Below, piece by piece: positions 1 to 12,738 of a DNA stretch of 64,000 nucleotides. Within the stretch, counting starts at the first letter, position 1; every line of letters begins with the position of its first letter. Location: contig NW_003314283.1 in the NCBI RefSeq assembly GCF_000143415.4, positions 630,752 to 694,751 of the forward strand, written 5' to 3'. The notes beneath the pieces were generated by a model, which searched no databases, was not told where the DNA came from, and saw only the letters and a list, made by a program, of their open reading frames with translations. The position numbers and the translations under genes were made by a program. This DNA is from Selaginella moellendorffii. Its lineage: Eukaryota; Plantae; Lycopodiophyta.

Positions 1-199
1 ACACGGATTCAAGAAGTTGCCGTTCTCCTGCACCTTCGATCCATGCCAAACTCTCGAATGTCGCTCGCTGTCCAACTCCCACAGGCATTCCAAGTCCTCG
101 AGCTCTCGTAGCGATTTTGACAAGACCATCTTGAGTTGCTCGAGCAACCTAAGATAATCGAATGTCTTCATGCTGTCCTTCAAAGCATGGTGGAGCTTT

Positions 200-1250
200 G
201 CCAGAGGGAGAAATTGGCACTGCGCGTAGTGTTAGAGGAGCTGATCCGCGAGAACCAAGGCCACCATCGCCTTGGACACCATTGGAACAGCTGCAAGAAA
301 TCGATCGATGGGCATTCACGAGAGGAGAAAGGATTCCTGGATGTTACCTCGAGGAACGACGCAGGGATCATGACGACCACGAGCTCTTCTTGCCGGTCTC
401 TCGTTACAGTCTCTTGGAATTTCTGTAAGAAGCAATCAAGCAAGCAAAATCAATGCCAGCGCAGTGAGAATTGATGAACTTTGTAAAGTTTGTAGACGTC
501 GGCTTGCATGCTATTCTCATCACTATCGTCTCTTCGTCCCTGCATGAATTGTTCATAAGTTGAGGAAACAAAAACAGAAAGGAGATCCTGTCTAGAAACC
601 CATGAGATTCACACTCCTGGCGAGGTAAAGCCTTCATACTTCTTGTGTGTGTAGATAGAAAGGTCTCAAACTTTGTAAGCTTTGCAAAGGGAGATTGGTT
701 CCATCTTGTGTTAGATGTTAGCTAGAGCCAATCCTGCAGAATACCTCACATTAAGTTCCAGCGTCTCATTTTCTTTCTTCCGTTAACGAAAACTTACTCT
801 TTCACGTTGATCCGTGTTTGGAACTAGAACAGCAATAGGAGTTCCCAGTGTCATTCCTATGAGAAAGAGATTGATAAACTTACAGAAGAAAAGAAACAAA
901 GGAAAAGCAAGAAGCTACATTACCTTGTGCCACGCCAGAGAGAAATTTGCAAGTGTCTGTTTCCTTCCTTGGAGTTGTGATCCGACTTTGGCCCGGCCTC
1001 CTGTTCGTTGAGAAATGAAGAGAATAAGCAACATACAATGAAGACACAAAGAACATAGTACTTCATAACAAACAACGAAAGAACATACAAAGAACACGCA
1101 AAGAGTAACGCGAAGAGCTCCTTGCACCAAATTAATCCTCAAAAGCATTGAAAGAAGTGGAAGATGAACTTTAAATGCTCTCATCCGCGACTTTGCAACC
1201 GTGGTACCTCCCTCAGAGCTCATCGGGAACCGCGGAATTACACCTTGGTA
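200..1250 (-). pseudogene. aroC: Chorismate synthase pseudogene (exon fragments)
   Basis: Minus-strand exons encode RRPGQSRITTPRKETDTC (~920-1000), GMTLGTPIAVLVPNTDQR (~810-860), RIACKPTST (~490-520), ARGRHDPCVVPR (~348-390) and AVPMVSKAMVALVLADQLL*. There is a frameshift and an in-frame stop, and the middle exons are missing. Bounds approximate. Confidence 0.8.
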
Positions 1251-1572
1251 GACTGTGAATGCCGCAACCGGGCATTTGCCACGGAGACAAGGAGGCCATA
1301 CAAGCGCTGAGTGAATGAAGAACGATTCGAATTAAAGGGAAAGTGGAGTGAATGAATGAGATGACTAGAAACCTTCTTGCACTCGTCGTTCTCATGAGCT
1401 TGGATAAAAAAAAGCTGTGTTCTTCGAGTCAAAACAGGATTAAGAATGAAATAGATATTTGCTAACTTACTAAACAGCTGTTACTAAACACACAAACCCC
1501 AACACCCCACACGTTTTGATACAGTAAGCTGAGCCGTTTATAAAGCAGCTTACCTCCAAGTTCTCTAAATCA

Positions 1573-2454
1573 CTACTCCTCCAAGTTCTTTTTCAACTTG
1601 TTTTTATACCACTTGAGCACCTGGCCCAAAAATACTTTTGCTTCCAGGATAGCACTCTCAAGCTCACTGGTACTTCTGCCATTCTCCTCTTCCAAAAACC
1701 GTTCAATCTCACTTGTTAGCTGCAACTTGAGAGTGTAGTCTGCTACTGATAACTTGATCATCTCTGGTGGCTTCAGAGCAAGCATTTCTTGAGGCTTCAT
1801 TGTGTCACTGTAATTTGAATCATACTTGTAGAGAGCCATAGCATTAACACCTCCAACACACAGACCTTTGATCTTACTAAGATAATGCTGAAAACCATGC
1901 CTGCTTCCCTCAATCCCTGTCTGTTTCTCAAATGCAACAAGTGCTGCATCCAAGAGAACATTTACCTTGTCAAAATTTTCTCCCTGCCTCTCAACGTGAT
2001 GTAAAAATCCTGAAAATGAAATGAAGTCCTGTTGGAGTTTCTTCATGACTTGCTTAGTTCCTTGCAACTCTTTCCTGCTAACCACGAACTTCTCCCCTTT
2101 GACTTCGAGTTTTGCAGACAGTGCATCAACCACAACTTCTTGAAGCTTCCAATCCATGGTCTTCATAACCACATCCAAAACACCTGCTGCACCCTGGCAT
2201 CTCGCAATCCCCCTAGAAGAAAAGACAAGGGGCTCCATAGCTGATATTCTCGCCTCCATGCGCGCAATCTGCTGTGTGAACAATGCAAACCTTGCCTCCG
2301 CCCTTGCATCTTGACCCACACAAGCACCTATGTGAGAAAACTCTTCAGGAGAAGTAGCTTCATGCCGGCTACGTTTTCTCGCTTTTTCTTCGTTGTCCCA
2401 GTGACTGCGCTTCCCAAGTTGCTCACCCTTCTGCAACTCACCTAGATGCACCAT
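1573..2454 (-). CDS. Single-exon hypothetical protein, 293 aa
   Basis: Uninterrupted ATG-to-TAG ORF with protein-like composition and an NLS-like KARKRSR; no motif recognised. Confidence 0.45.
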   Translation of the reverse strand: MVHLGELQKGEQLGKRSHWDNEEKARKRSRHEATSPEEFSHIGACVGQDARAEARFALFTQQIARMEARISAMEPLVFSSRGIARCQGAAGVLDVVMKTMDWKLQEVVVDALSAKLEVKGEKFVVSRKELQGTKQVMKKLQQDFISFSGFLHHVERQGENFDKVNVLLDAALVAFEKQTGIEGSRHGFQHYLSKIKGLCVGGVNAMALYKYDSNYSDTMKPQEMLALKPPEMIKLSVADYTLKLQLTSEIERFLEEENGRSTSELESAILEAKVFLGQVLKWYKNKLKKNLEE

Positions 2455-2906
2455 GCATCGGAAGTCATCCCTAATGATCCGGTTGGTGTAGCCCCTGTGC
2501 TGTGCTGCCGCCGGTGATCGCTCCTCCTGTAAAGGGCCTTAATGATCCGGTACTCACTCAGCTTGTGTAGTTTGTCGCCGATGATCGCTCGCGCTCCTGT
2601 AAAGGGCACCATAAAAGCAAAACCTTAAACTGATTGTCTTAATGATACCATTTTATACTTGATCTTTTAAAGGTTATTGAGCTTTTAAAGGCTAAAACGG
2701 TTTTTAGCGTAGAAAACTCCCGGCCAAAAAAAAAGCTTTTGTCTTATTCTGGCAAAAATGTTATATTTAAATTAAAAAAAAAGAAACAGAATTTATAATT
2801 ATTCATTTAGAAGCAATATCTGATAGATGTCGAGACTTAGTTTGTGTTCAAAATAATGCATAAACTTCTGAGATATATAACACTAACAAAATTACTTTTG
2901 GACGTG

Positions 2907-4120
2907 CTAGTTCTCTGTAAGAATCGCGGCTCGCAACTTCATGAGCAAGCGGCCCAGCTGGTTTTGTCCCGTGCCATCTTTGCCAGACCCCCAAAAGTAG
3001 TCCTGCGGGGACGACTCGATCAGCACACAACCAGCTGTTGACAGCAGCAAACTTCGCAGCTGCGGGTAGGACGAAAACTTTGCAACCAGTGCTTCTTCCA
3101 TCACGTCCATCTTGGAGTTTTCCCAGTCTGGCCTCACCTGCAAGAAGTTTTTGTTTTATAACCGAGAGAACAAAGCTTACCAGGTCAGGACGTTCGCGAG
3201 CTAAGCGTCTTCCAATTCTAGCTGCTTCTTCTGGGCTTTCAGCATTTCTGATATTTTCTATAGCTTGCATTGCCAGTTCGTCCTTGACTCCACTAAACTT
3301 TTGTGCCTATGTGAAAGAAAGAAACCCGATAAAAAAATTGCTAGCGAACGTCGAAGGAAAACCTGGTAGTAGTGCTCGACGCTTTTCCACGTCTCGCTAG
3401 AGCCAGGTAGCTTAATTGAGTGTGCTGTGAAGTTCGTAAAGGCACCGTATGGATCCCACGACTTGTAGAAGTAGATCACAGTGGAGCTTGAGAAAATTCC
3501 AGCGTCTGCAATCGAGGGATCGTCCGCATAGGCAGAAGCAGGTGATTTCATGCGCGGAATCAGCTTAAGGTAGCCCGAAACCAACATGTCTGGGCCACGG
3601 AGTAAGGGGAAAAGAAAACGTTTTGATAAGAGCTTACTTGTTCGAAAGTCACGTCGAGCAGATTTAAAGCTTGTGTCATGTCCACCATTCCCAACTCACC
3701 AACAGGCGTTGGGGCAGTCACTCCAATGATTTTTGGAGCAACAAACGCAATAACCTGCTCAAAAACAAGAGAACATGAAACAAAGAAACAAAAACGAAAG
3801 AAGCAAGATAGAAAAAAAATGCGGTTCACCTTGTGAATGATACCAGCAGCTAGTGCCGGAGCTGACAAAGCTCCTCCACATTCCCATAAAACCATGAGGA
3901 ATCCACGCTCGTAACAGTAGTCCATGACAGCTTTCGGTGTGAGAAAATCGAATTCCACCACCTCCACACCCCTCGTGACAAGCTCCCTCTGGAACTCTCT
4001 CCGAGCACCCCTTTGCGTCATAACAATCGTATGAGCATTTGAAACGTCCCACAAGTGGAGCTCCAAAGGCAAGTTTAGAGTTCTCGACATGACCACGCGA
4101 ACTGGTAAGTGTCCGAGCTT
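2907..4120 (-). pseudogene. PYRR: Riboflavin biosynthesis PYRR-like gene (RibD reductase C-half + NADAR/DUF1768 domain), 5'-truncated
   Basis: Spliced exons give LWECGGALSAPA...IAFVAPKIIG, FYKSWDPYGAFTNF, WKSVEHYYQAQKF, VRPDWE and DYFWGSGKDGTGQNQLGRLLMKLR. Homology stops near 4120, directly against the CVNH promoter. Confidence 0.8.
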
Positions 4121-4215
4121 TGACCGTTTCGCTACAGACGACAAATTCAAACAATGCTAACGCAAATGCCGTGTAAAAGTTCTTGGATATGTTCCAACAC
4201 ACCACGTCGCACGAC

Positions 4216-4223
4216 TATATAAA
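4216..4223 (+). promoter_or_regulatory. TATA box of CVNH gene 1 (homologous box at 5282-5288 for gene 2)
   Basis: GACTATATAA(A/G)CCC lies in a promoter block (CAAATGCCGTGT...TTGGATA...TCCAAC) conserved upstream of both paralogs. Confidence 0.6.
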
Positions 4224-4317
4224 CCCCACAAACTCGATCATGCAATTACAATCATTCAATCCATCTATCTATCATCTAAAGCTATTCTTCAGTGCTGTCT
4301 TCCATAAGTTCTTGATC

Positions 4318-4746
4318 ATGGCATCCACTTGCGATATCCTCATTGTCTTCAGCATGCTCATCGTGGTTAGCCAGGTAAATTATTTCTTGAAAACAAAGAA
4401 TGGAATAAGAATTGTAGAGGTTTCTGGTGAAATTTTGCAGGCCAGTTGCCATTTCTCTTCGTCTTGCACCGAGATTCGCTTCTACGGCAACATCATGTCC
4501 GCGAATTGTAGGACGGATGCTGGCAAAGTGGTGAGGAGCTCCATCGATGTGAACGAGTGTGTGGGAGTCGACTATTCGGGCAAGCTCGATTGCTCCTCCA
4601 ACTTTGTTCCCAGATGCCACAACGTTGCATTCAATGGGATCACAATGGCTGCCACCTGCAAAGATGGCTATGGACATGAGGTCTTCTCCAACCGGGCCCT
4701 GGACGAATGCATTGGCAACGATGACGGTCACCTCATTTGTTGCTAG
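4318..4746 (+). CDS. Secreted cyanovirin-N homolog (CVNH) lectin 1; exons 4318-4374 and 4441-4746
   Basis: Signal-peptide exon, then a 66-nt GT-AG intron. The mature part has the two-repeat CVNH pattern FSSSC...ANC...SSIDVNECVG...LDECIGNDDGHL. Confidence 0.88.
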   Translation: MASTCDILIVFSMLIVVSQVNYFLKTKNGIRIVEVSGEILQASCHFSSSCTEIRFYGNIMSANCRTDAGKVVRSSIDVNECVGVDYSGKLDCSSNFVPRCHNVAFNGITMAATCKDGYGHEVFSNRALDECIGNDDGHLICC

Positions 4747-5568
4747 AAACAGCCATCTCCTCATAAGAAATTGGATTCCATCAGTCTGGAGCAAAGATAA
4801 ATCATTTGATTGCTTAAGAAGTTTGGATCCATTACATAAAGTTTGTGTGGTTTGGAAATAAAATCATTTTGTAAACGTATTTCCTTATAAAAATGTCACA
4901 TTGCTGTACTCATAGAAGTGTCGAGAAGAATTGGATTCTATCAGTCCGGGCATACATTTTATCATTGCTAGCAGATGTTTGGATCCAATACGTGGAAATA
5001 GAATACTTTTTGAGAGCACACAAGATCATGCAAACTCCACTTTTGCTTGTCAATTCACTTTGCCAACAAAGACCATCCTCTTGGCTAGAGCGTGCATCAT
5101 GTCAAACATAGTTTCTTGGGTCAACAATAACCCACAAGTTCAATGAAGTGTCCATAGTCATTTTGTTTTTGTCTTTCAGAAAATGCTTAGTCGCAAAACT
5201 CAAGAATGATGATAGCTAGCACCAAATGCCGTGTCAGTCTTTGGGATAGGCTCCAACTCATGGCATGACACGGATCCAGACTATATAAGCCCAGGGAAGC
5301 TCTAGAATGATCATTCAAGCCTTCTTCTTCAGTATATAGCACTCTTAAGAGCTCGCTCTTCATATATCACTTTGATTTCTTTTACTGTTGAGGTATACGC
5401 TCTCTATGACATGATCTTAGGTGGCAGGAGTGCCACTTCATTGATCCAGGTGTAGGCTAGAGGTGAGTCTCTTCATCATGTATATATAGTTATGATATAT
5501 ACGACTATACTGGGAGTCATCCACCATCGTAGCTTCCGCTCTTCTTCTCTTCATTTACCTGTACTACC

Positions 5569-5981
5569 ATGGCATCCATCCGCGAGATCATCGTCGTCCT
5601 GTGCATGCTCATCGTCACAATCCAGGTAATCTTTGAGAGTTTGATATCGATTGATAGTTTGGCCATGGGTTCCTTCAGGCTTGCCAGTTCTCTTCGTCTT
5701 GCACGGGGATTAGCTTCGATGGCCACACCATGCACGCGAAATGTAGAACTCCGTATGGGAAGCATGTCAAGAGCTCCATCGATGTGAGCCAGTGCGTGGG
5801 AGTCGACTACACGGGCAAGCTCGATTGTTCCTCCAACTTTGCTGCCAAATGCGGTGATGTTGAGTTCAATGGGATCACCATCGGTGCTCGTTGTGCCACT
5901 GCCAAGGGCTACAAGCGCTTCTCCAACCGTGTGCTGGACGATTGCATTGGCAATGTCGATGGCAAACTCACTTGCTGCTAA
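5569..5981 (+). CDS. Secreted CVNH lectin 2; exons 5569-5625 and 5679-5981
   Basis: Same 57-nt first exon length and intron position (53-nt GT-AG intron). Encodes ACQFSSSC...SSIDVSQCVG...LDDCIGNVDGKLTCC. Confidence 0.88.
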
Positions 5982-7604
5982 AAAGTTGGATGAGCATTTG
6001 AATAAACTACGCTGGTTTTATTAAACTAAAACTTTGTGAATCGTTTGATCAATATCTGGGCCTTCGCTTCTGTGCTTTCTTCTAGCTATGGCGTCCACAG
6101 CTTTTTCCGAAGGCCTCGAAACCTGGAAAAAGGAGATAAACGAGAAGAAACTGGCTTGAAAGGAGCTTTAGCTCTCGTGCCAACGAATTTTCAACAAACG
6201 AGAGATTTTTTCGAAGTTTGCAATGGAAGGATTCTTTCTGGGCTATAGTTTCTTCTTTTCTCAGAAACGAATTACAAGTCTTAAAAGGTGCTCATTCAAG
6301 CCTTTCAGTTTTTTTCCTCCAACGACAGTTGCAGCACGGCCTTCTGGACTTCAACATATTGCAAGTAAGTTACAAGCTTTCCTCCACTACTGTGAGAGAG
6401 GAAGTATATTGATAAAATTCACCAGCCATGTGGTATATTGACTATTGCTTTGCGGGCCATGAAACTTCATTGAAAAGAAAATAAAAAAGCATACTACCAC
6501 TCCTTTTTATGGTTAAAATAGGTGTAGGGTTTTGTCAGATAAATTTTGGGTACATGCATGAAGTTCAAAATAAAGTAGATTTATCAATAGCAATAACACT
6601 TAAATTGTTGCAATTGATTATATCCAAGAAGTAAAGTGGGTTGGAAGTAAGGTTAGGAGTTTGTAAATTGCTTCCTATACATCTATTAGATCAGAAATTT
6701 AAAGTGATTTTTGTGAAGTGATCTTAAGAGAATAGAGATTTATTGACTTTGAAGATGGAGAAGTTGTAAATATCACATTCTCTCAAGAAAATAAGTGGGT
6801 AATAAATGGCAATAGGTTTTAATTAGGGATTTTAGTGTGGCAATTATTCAAGTTGAGTTACAATAAAACTTCAAGTTAAACAATAAAATAATGATAATGT
6901 GATAAAATTCAAGTTGTTTATATGTAAGCTTCTAAATTTAGACTTTCTGATAGGTTACTAAATATCCCAAAACTCTTAACTAATTAAAAAAAGGGTGTAT
7001 TTTTATTATGGGCCTTTTCCTTTTATATTTGAACTTTTACGAATTAAGTTTTGCCAGATGTCAATCTCAATATATAACGTGATTCACTAAGCCAACTAAT
7101 AAAGTCAATTCCCAAAAAGTTCTCTAATATTAAATATAAACTCCTGAATTTAGACTTTCAAGAAGGTCATCTAACCTAATACTATTTAAATCCAAGGATG
7201 TTTAACCTCAATTATCTTAACACTCTTAACCAATTAAAAAAAAGGGTGCACTTTTGTTCATAAACTCTCTCCCTCTATATTTAAATATTTATAAATTGTC
7301 TTTCAAGTCATTCTCTTTAATTACTTCCAAAATCATTAACTAAGATAACATACCATTCTACCAAGTTAAATTGAAATTTCACTAGTACAAAAGAAAGTAA
7401 AATTCTCCAATATGGATCACAAATCACAAATCAGTAGATCATAAATTAATGAATCAACTAAAACTTGCTTGCTGGATTAAGGTGATAAAAAAAAAGTAAA
7501 AGCATTTGTCCTAAACTTTGGTAGTAAAAATATACCACAACCAGTAAATGATAAATATATTTCTATAAGTTGCCTAGTGTATGCTGGGTGGTTTACAAAG
7601 AGGT

Positions 7605-10600
7605 TCAATATAAAACCTTTTTATAGATAGTGTTAATTGTAAAAACAGAAGGATCTTGAGGAAGGAGGTGGCCTTGGCGTGTGGTGTTTTGAACTTTAAT
7701 TCCAAGTTCATGTGGTGATGTGCATCTTGATAAAGCCACATAAAGTTGCCCATGAGTGAAAATTGGGTGGGGCAAGTAAATTCCAACTCGGTCAAATGTC
7801 TGTCCTTGGCATTTAGAGATTGTTAAGCAGTAACCTAAACAAATTGGAAATTGTCGTCTGGACATTTTGAATGGAATTTCTGTATTTGATGGTATTAATG
7901 TGATACGTGGGATAAAAACTCTTGTCCCTTTAAATTGCCCCATCACAATTTCACAATTTAAAACATTTGGTAGTGCATTTTTCAGGATGAGACGTGTGCC
8001 ATTGCATAGTCTTACTGATGGAAACATATTTTTTAGAAGGATAAGAATAGCACCTTGTTTGAGAGAGAGTTTATGTGGTGGGAGACTAGAAGGTGTGATA
8101 GAATTTAGGAATTCTGTTAGAAAATTTTCGGGATGTTCAGTGTCAACAAAATTAATGCTTTTGTAGATGCATGTATCATCTTATAATCTAGAGACAATAG
8201 TGTTGTTGATTGCAAATGTATCATCGTTAAGTGGGGTAAGTATGACTCGATTGGCTACAATATAAGGGTTTGAAATATCAAGTACTGAAGGGTAAACAAA
8301 ATCAATAATTGATGAATAAATTAGTTGTGTATGAGGTAATAAAATGGAGTTAGAAGGTAAAGATGGTAAATTTTCAAAATTTTCACCATTTCCAACTTTG
8401 AGAAGCCATTCAGACCATGATTTATCACTTTCAGCAAGCCGCATATTTGTTTTCAAAGATAACTTTCTAAATAATCTCCATAATTTATTTATTCTTACAG
8501 AACTTGAAACAATTTGTGCCTTATGTCCATGTGAAATGACTGGAAGTGTCTGTCTAAAGTCCCTGCTAGTAACAACAATTATGCCACCAAAAGGTAATGA
8601 TGTATTTTTTAGGTCTCGCAACACTCGATCAACAGTAGTGAATGCATGAATGTGAACCATATTTATTTCATCCCATAACAATACGTTAGTAATTATGATT
8701 CTTATACCTACTTCACTATTAGCAGTTATACCGGAAGTTGATGTTTCATTTATTGGAATAGGAAGTTTAAAAGTAATATATGAAGTTCGGCCATTATAAA
8801 GTAAAGTACTTGCAATTCCTGTCCAAACCATGCTAACAACATTTATTTTTTTCAGTTGTAAAATATTTATAAGAGTGTTAAGAAGAAATGTTTTACCAAT
8901 ACCACCAAGGCCGTCAATGAAAATGTATCGATTATGCTCAGTTGGGTGATCAATAACATTAAGAATATCATTAAAAATATTTAACTGTTCTTGATTAAAT
9001 CGAGGAATATTTTGTTCAACATTTTGATATATTTGTGTTGAGTTGACAATATTTTCATCATCAAAATTTTCAGAAGGCAAAGGTAGATGATAGTTTTGAT
9101 TAGTTTTGCCATGCATTTTCATTTTAATATTTATATAATGTAAAGCATGTTCATAATGAAAAATTGGATTTGTTTGCGTGAAATCCTCAGAGTGGAAATC
9201 TTTAAATTTATCCCATAAGAAGTAAGGATCTTTTGGAGTGCAAAAAATACAAAGTAATACAAATAATTGTCTTAATTGTGGTGGCATTCTAAAAAAGCAA
9301 GCATCTTTTAAACATTTTTCCCATTTGGTATTATCAGCTATAAGCCCCATTGCATCTGCAACTTGTTGAAATGTGTCATAATAAATATTGTTAGGTATCT
9401 TGAGATCTTTGAAAGATATAGCACTTTTTTTATGAAATAAAATAAGATGTAAATGATATAGTTCAACATTAGATGGCAATATAGAATATAATCGAGGAAT
9501 GACATTTCTTGTATGTCAAATTTGCCAATTATGAGTATGAGGGTTAAATGTATAGTATAAAAGGGATTTCAGGATATGTATATTGTCTAGCATTTGGGTC
9601 ATTTATATTTAATTCAAACCATTTTGTCAACATCGTACCATTTTGAGTAGCTCTTTGAAGTGTTATTTGTTCAAAACCTTCTATAAAATAGACATTTTGA
9701 AAATTTGGAAGATGGATAGGAAGACGGATTATAAGGGTCGAATGACCATGCATTTTAAATTTAAAAAGTCTCCATATTGCCTTTGGAGCATATACATAAT
9801 GTGTATTTAAAAATGTTAAGATTTCATCCCAATTTAAAATATTATCAGGTTGTTGGGTTGCTTAATGGATTTCAATTGTAGCACAATCATAACCTTTATA
9901 AACATATTGAAATAAATACTTTATACTTTTTATAGTAGCACAAATTTCAATATTAATATGAGCATTATATTTTTTACAAAGGTATTTATTATAAGGCACT
10001 ACCCAACGATTATCAATGTAACACCCATTTTTTAGAAATGTACGGCCATTATCAGGTCTATAATAATCTGGATATCCATCAACACTAAAAGTAGTTTCAT
10101 AATTAAACTTTTTTGGATAACCTTTTGAGCAAGTACCATTTTCCATACAAAGACTATTAGGGTAAAGAGGCCCACATGGACCATGTATGGGATTTAATTA
10201 TTTTAAAAATTTCAAGTTCATTTTGAGGATTAAACAATTGTGCCATTATGTATTGATTAATAGCATCACGGTCTTTAATCTTGTTTTTATGAGATAAAAT
10301 CTCTAGAAAGTGACAATGTGGAAGGCCTCTCTTTTGAAATTCAATTACATATATAAAAGCAATACAATTTCCAAAAATATGTTTTTTAGTAATATCATTC
10401 AAAAAAATTTTAAGCTTGATATGAAATACTCTAGAAACCAAGTCTGGACAATCCTCAAGGATTTCATTTGGATGTAAGTTTTTTGAAATTTCTGGCCATT
10501 TGGGATTGCATGTAAAAGTAATGAAAAGATCTGGCTTTGAAAAATGAGTAATTATAGCTATTGCATCTTGATAATTTTGTTGCATTGCTCTAGGGCCACC

Positions 10601-11978
10601 CCCAAAACTTGAAGGTAAAATAACAATCTTGCCTGGATTTATATTTTCATTAGTAGCACGGTTTGCAACATAATCCATAAGACCAGTATACATTTTAACT
10701 CGCAATTGTTTCTGATGAGTCCGATATTAATTCAAATTATTGCTTTCAACTTTTACATAAGCATCGACAATATATTGTTGTGTGAGTTTTCCTGCATATA
10801 AAATTTGATCAAAACCAAAATGTATTGTGTCTCTTATAGATAAACGGTATGCATAATATTGGAGTAATGTAATTCGACGCCCAGAATTAAAAATATTTTT
10901 GTGCCAACCTCTGTCACCAAAAGGAAATATTAATGGGTAAACCATTGGATCACAATTATAATCAAGTGTTGAGATACATTTAGAATTGCTTACAGTTGGA
11001 TATATACAAATTTCACGATTATGTGGCGGTTCTCCATCATCACTAACAAACACAATAGCAACATCATTTGTCTGTGGAGCATTATAGCGTCGTGGATTAG
11101 TTCCTTCAATTTTTAATAACATATAAACACCATGTATAGGATAACCTGAAAGTGTAGCAGAACGAATTTCTTCTTGTTCCATTTCATACATCATTTTGAA
11201 AGCTTGAGCATATGGGTTAACACGATGAAGGAAAGCATCAAGATGTTTAAGTAAGTTTGTCTCACAGCTTGAATTAAAAGGGTTTTGCTTTCTTATATCT
11301 GCAGCTTCTAGAGTATCAAGCATATAAAGTTGTCTATAAGTTCAATATTGACCTTTAGAAGGATGTGCTGAAACAATATTATGGTATATTTGACCATGGA
11401 TTTTAAAGCAATAGGGACCATGACCTTTTATAGTATCAATATTAGAAGACATAGATGCAAAAGCAAAAACACTATTGTAGTGTCTAATATTTGTTTTAAA
11501 ATTAGAGTTCTTATTTTGCTTGTAAAGTGAAAGTAAATCAAATGGTAAAGATGAAATTGGAGGTAATATAACTTGGTTATTCTGGAAACACATTGAAGAG
11601 TTTTCATCTTTAAAATGCAATGCATTACAAAAAGTACAAACAAATGTTATTCAAATTTATTATTTTAAAGTCATTATAAATACTATGGCTTGCTAATGTG
11701 GTATTCATGGGTGCGAGTGGTGGATTTAATATTGTTTGATATATGTAATTGTTATAATGACATGCATGTAAGGTTCCAGATGCTTCTGAGTGTCCAACTG
11801 ATTGCTGTATATAATCATTATCATGATTAATATTTTGGTGTATAGAATCATTATCATGATTATTTTGAACAGCTATAGTATGTGTATCATGATCAATCAT
11901 AGTTTCAAAGGCATCTAAATCTCCATTAAATTGTTTACTATGTCGTATGGTTCTCAAAAGATGGCGGAGGCGAGGCAT
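7605..11978 (-). mobile_element. Helitron 1 Rep/Pif1 helicase, fragmented
   Basis: Rep motifs PDLFITFTCNPKW, VIEFQKRGLPHCH and WVVPYNKYL. Helicase motifs DGLGGIGKT, WDEINM, PFGG...DFRQTLPV and SKCQGQT...HGQLYVALSR. Many stops and frameshifts; termini not resolved. Confidence 0.93.
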
Positions 11979-12075
11979 TTTCAGTCACTTTGATTATAGC
12001 TTTGATTATATGTACAAGTTGGATATATATAAATTTCACAACTATGTAATGATCTGAAAGGAAAATATTAGACTT

Positions 12076-12330
12076 TTGCGAAGCACACTCAAGAACAACA
12101 AAATAACTCCAATGTTGTGTTTACCAATCTCTGGCAGCTCTCCAAGATTTCCAATGTATAGTCTGGACTTTGGATGGGGGAAACTAGCTGCTGTTCGACA
12201 TGCTACGAAGCTGTGGAACGGCTTCTGCTTCTACGACCTGTCACCGAGAGATGTGAAAGCTATTGAAGTCACGGTGTTCCTTCCTCCTGAAACAATGGCA
12301 AAGTTCAGTGAGAAAGTCAAAACGAATTAA
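12076..12330 (+). pseudogene. BAHD acyltransferase C-terminal fragment
   Basis: SSPRFPMYSLDFGWGK carries the DFGWG motif; the upstream part is replaced by Helitron sequence. Confidence 0.8.
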
Positions 12331-12513
12331 TCCTGTGTACCACCTTACATGTTAATATCCAGAGTCCATCTTCTCATCTACTTGTGTGACATGACTTGAC
12401 TCCAATCAATCTGTGCGTGCTGTTTAGAATATAATATCCCCGAGCCTCTAGGAGTCCCTGTGCTGCTTTGCTTGTCACTGCGAGTTCAGGCTTGGATCTT
12501 CAACGGGGTGAAG

Positions 12514-12738
12514 ATGAAAATGGACGACTTTCAAGTGAAAATCACCGAGGTACATCTTCTCTCGCCTGCAAATCCCACAGAGAGGTGTCAACTCCCCTTC
12601 ACAACATTCGCTCTAATGCAAAAGAGGGACTCCATGCCATACCTTCAAAGAGTAGCGTTCTATGAATCCACTGGTAAAGATGCAGATCTCCAAGGAGAAG
12701 GATTTCCAAAACTTCAGGAGCAGTGTTAGCTGGTGCAG
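12514..12738 (+). pseudogene. BAHD acyltransferase N-terminal fragment, ending at LTR element D
   Basis: VKITEVHLLSPANPT...LPFTTF...YLQRVAFY resembles a BAHD N-terminus; stop at 12727-12729. Confidence 0.5.

Noticed and set aside
6400-7570. 3' terminus of Helitron 1
   Set aside because: CTRR candidates at ~6423, ~7382 and ~7575 lack a convincing GC hairpin, so it was left uncalled.
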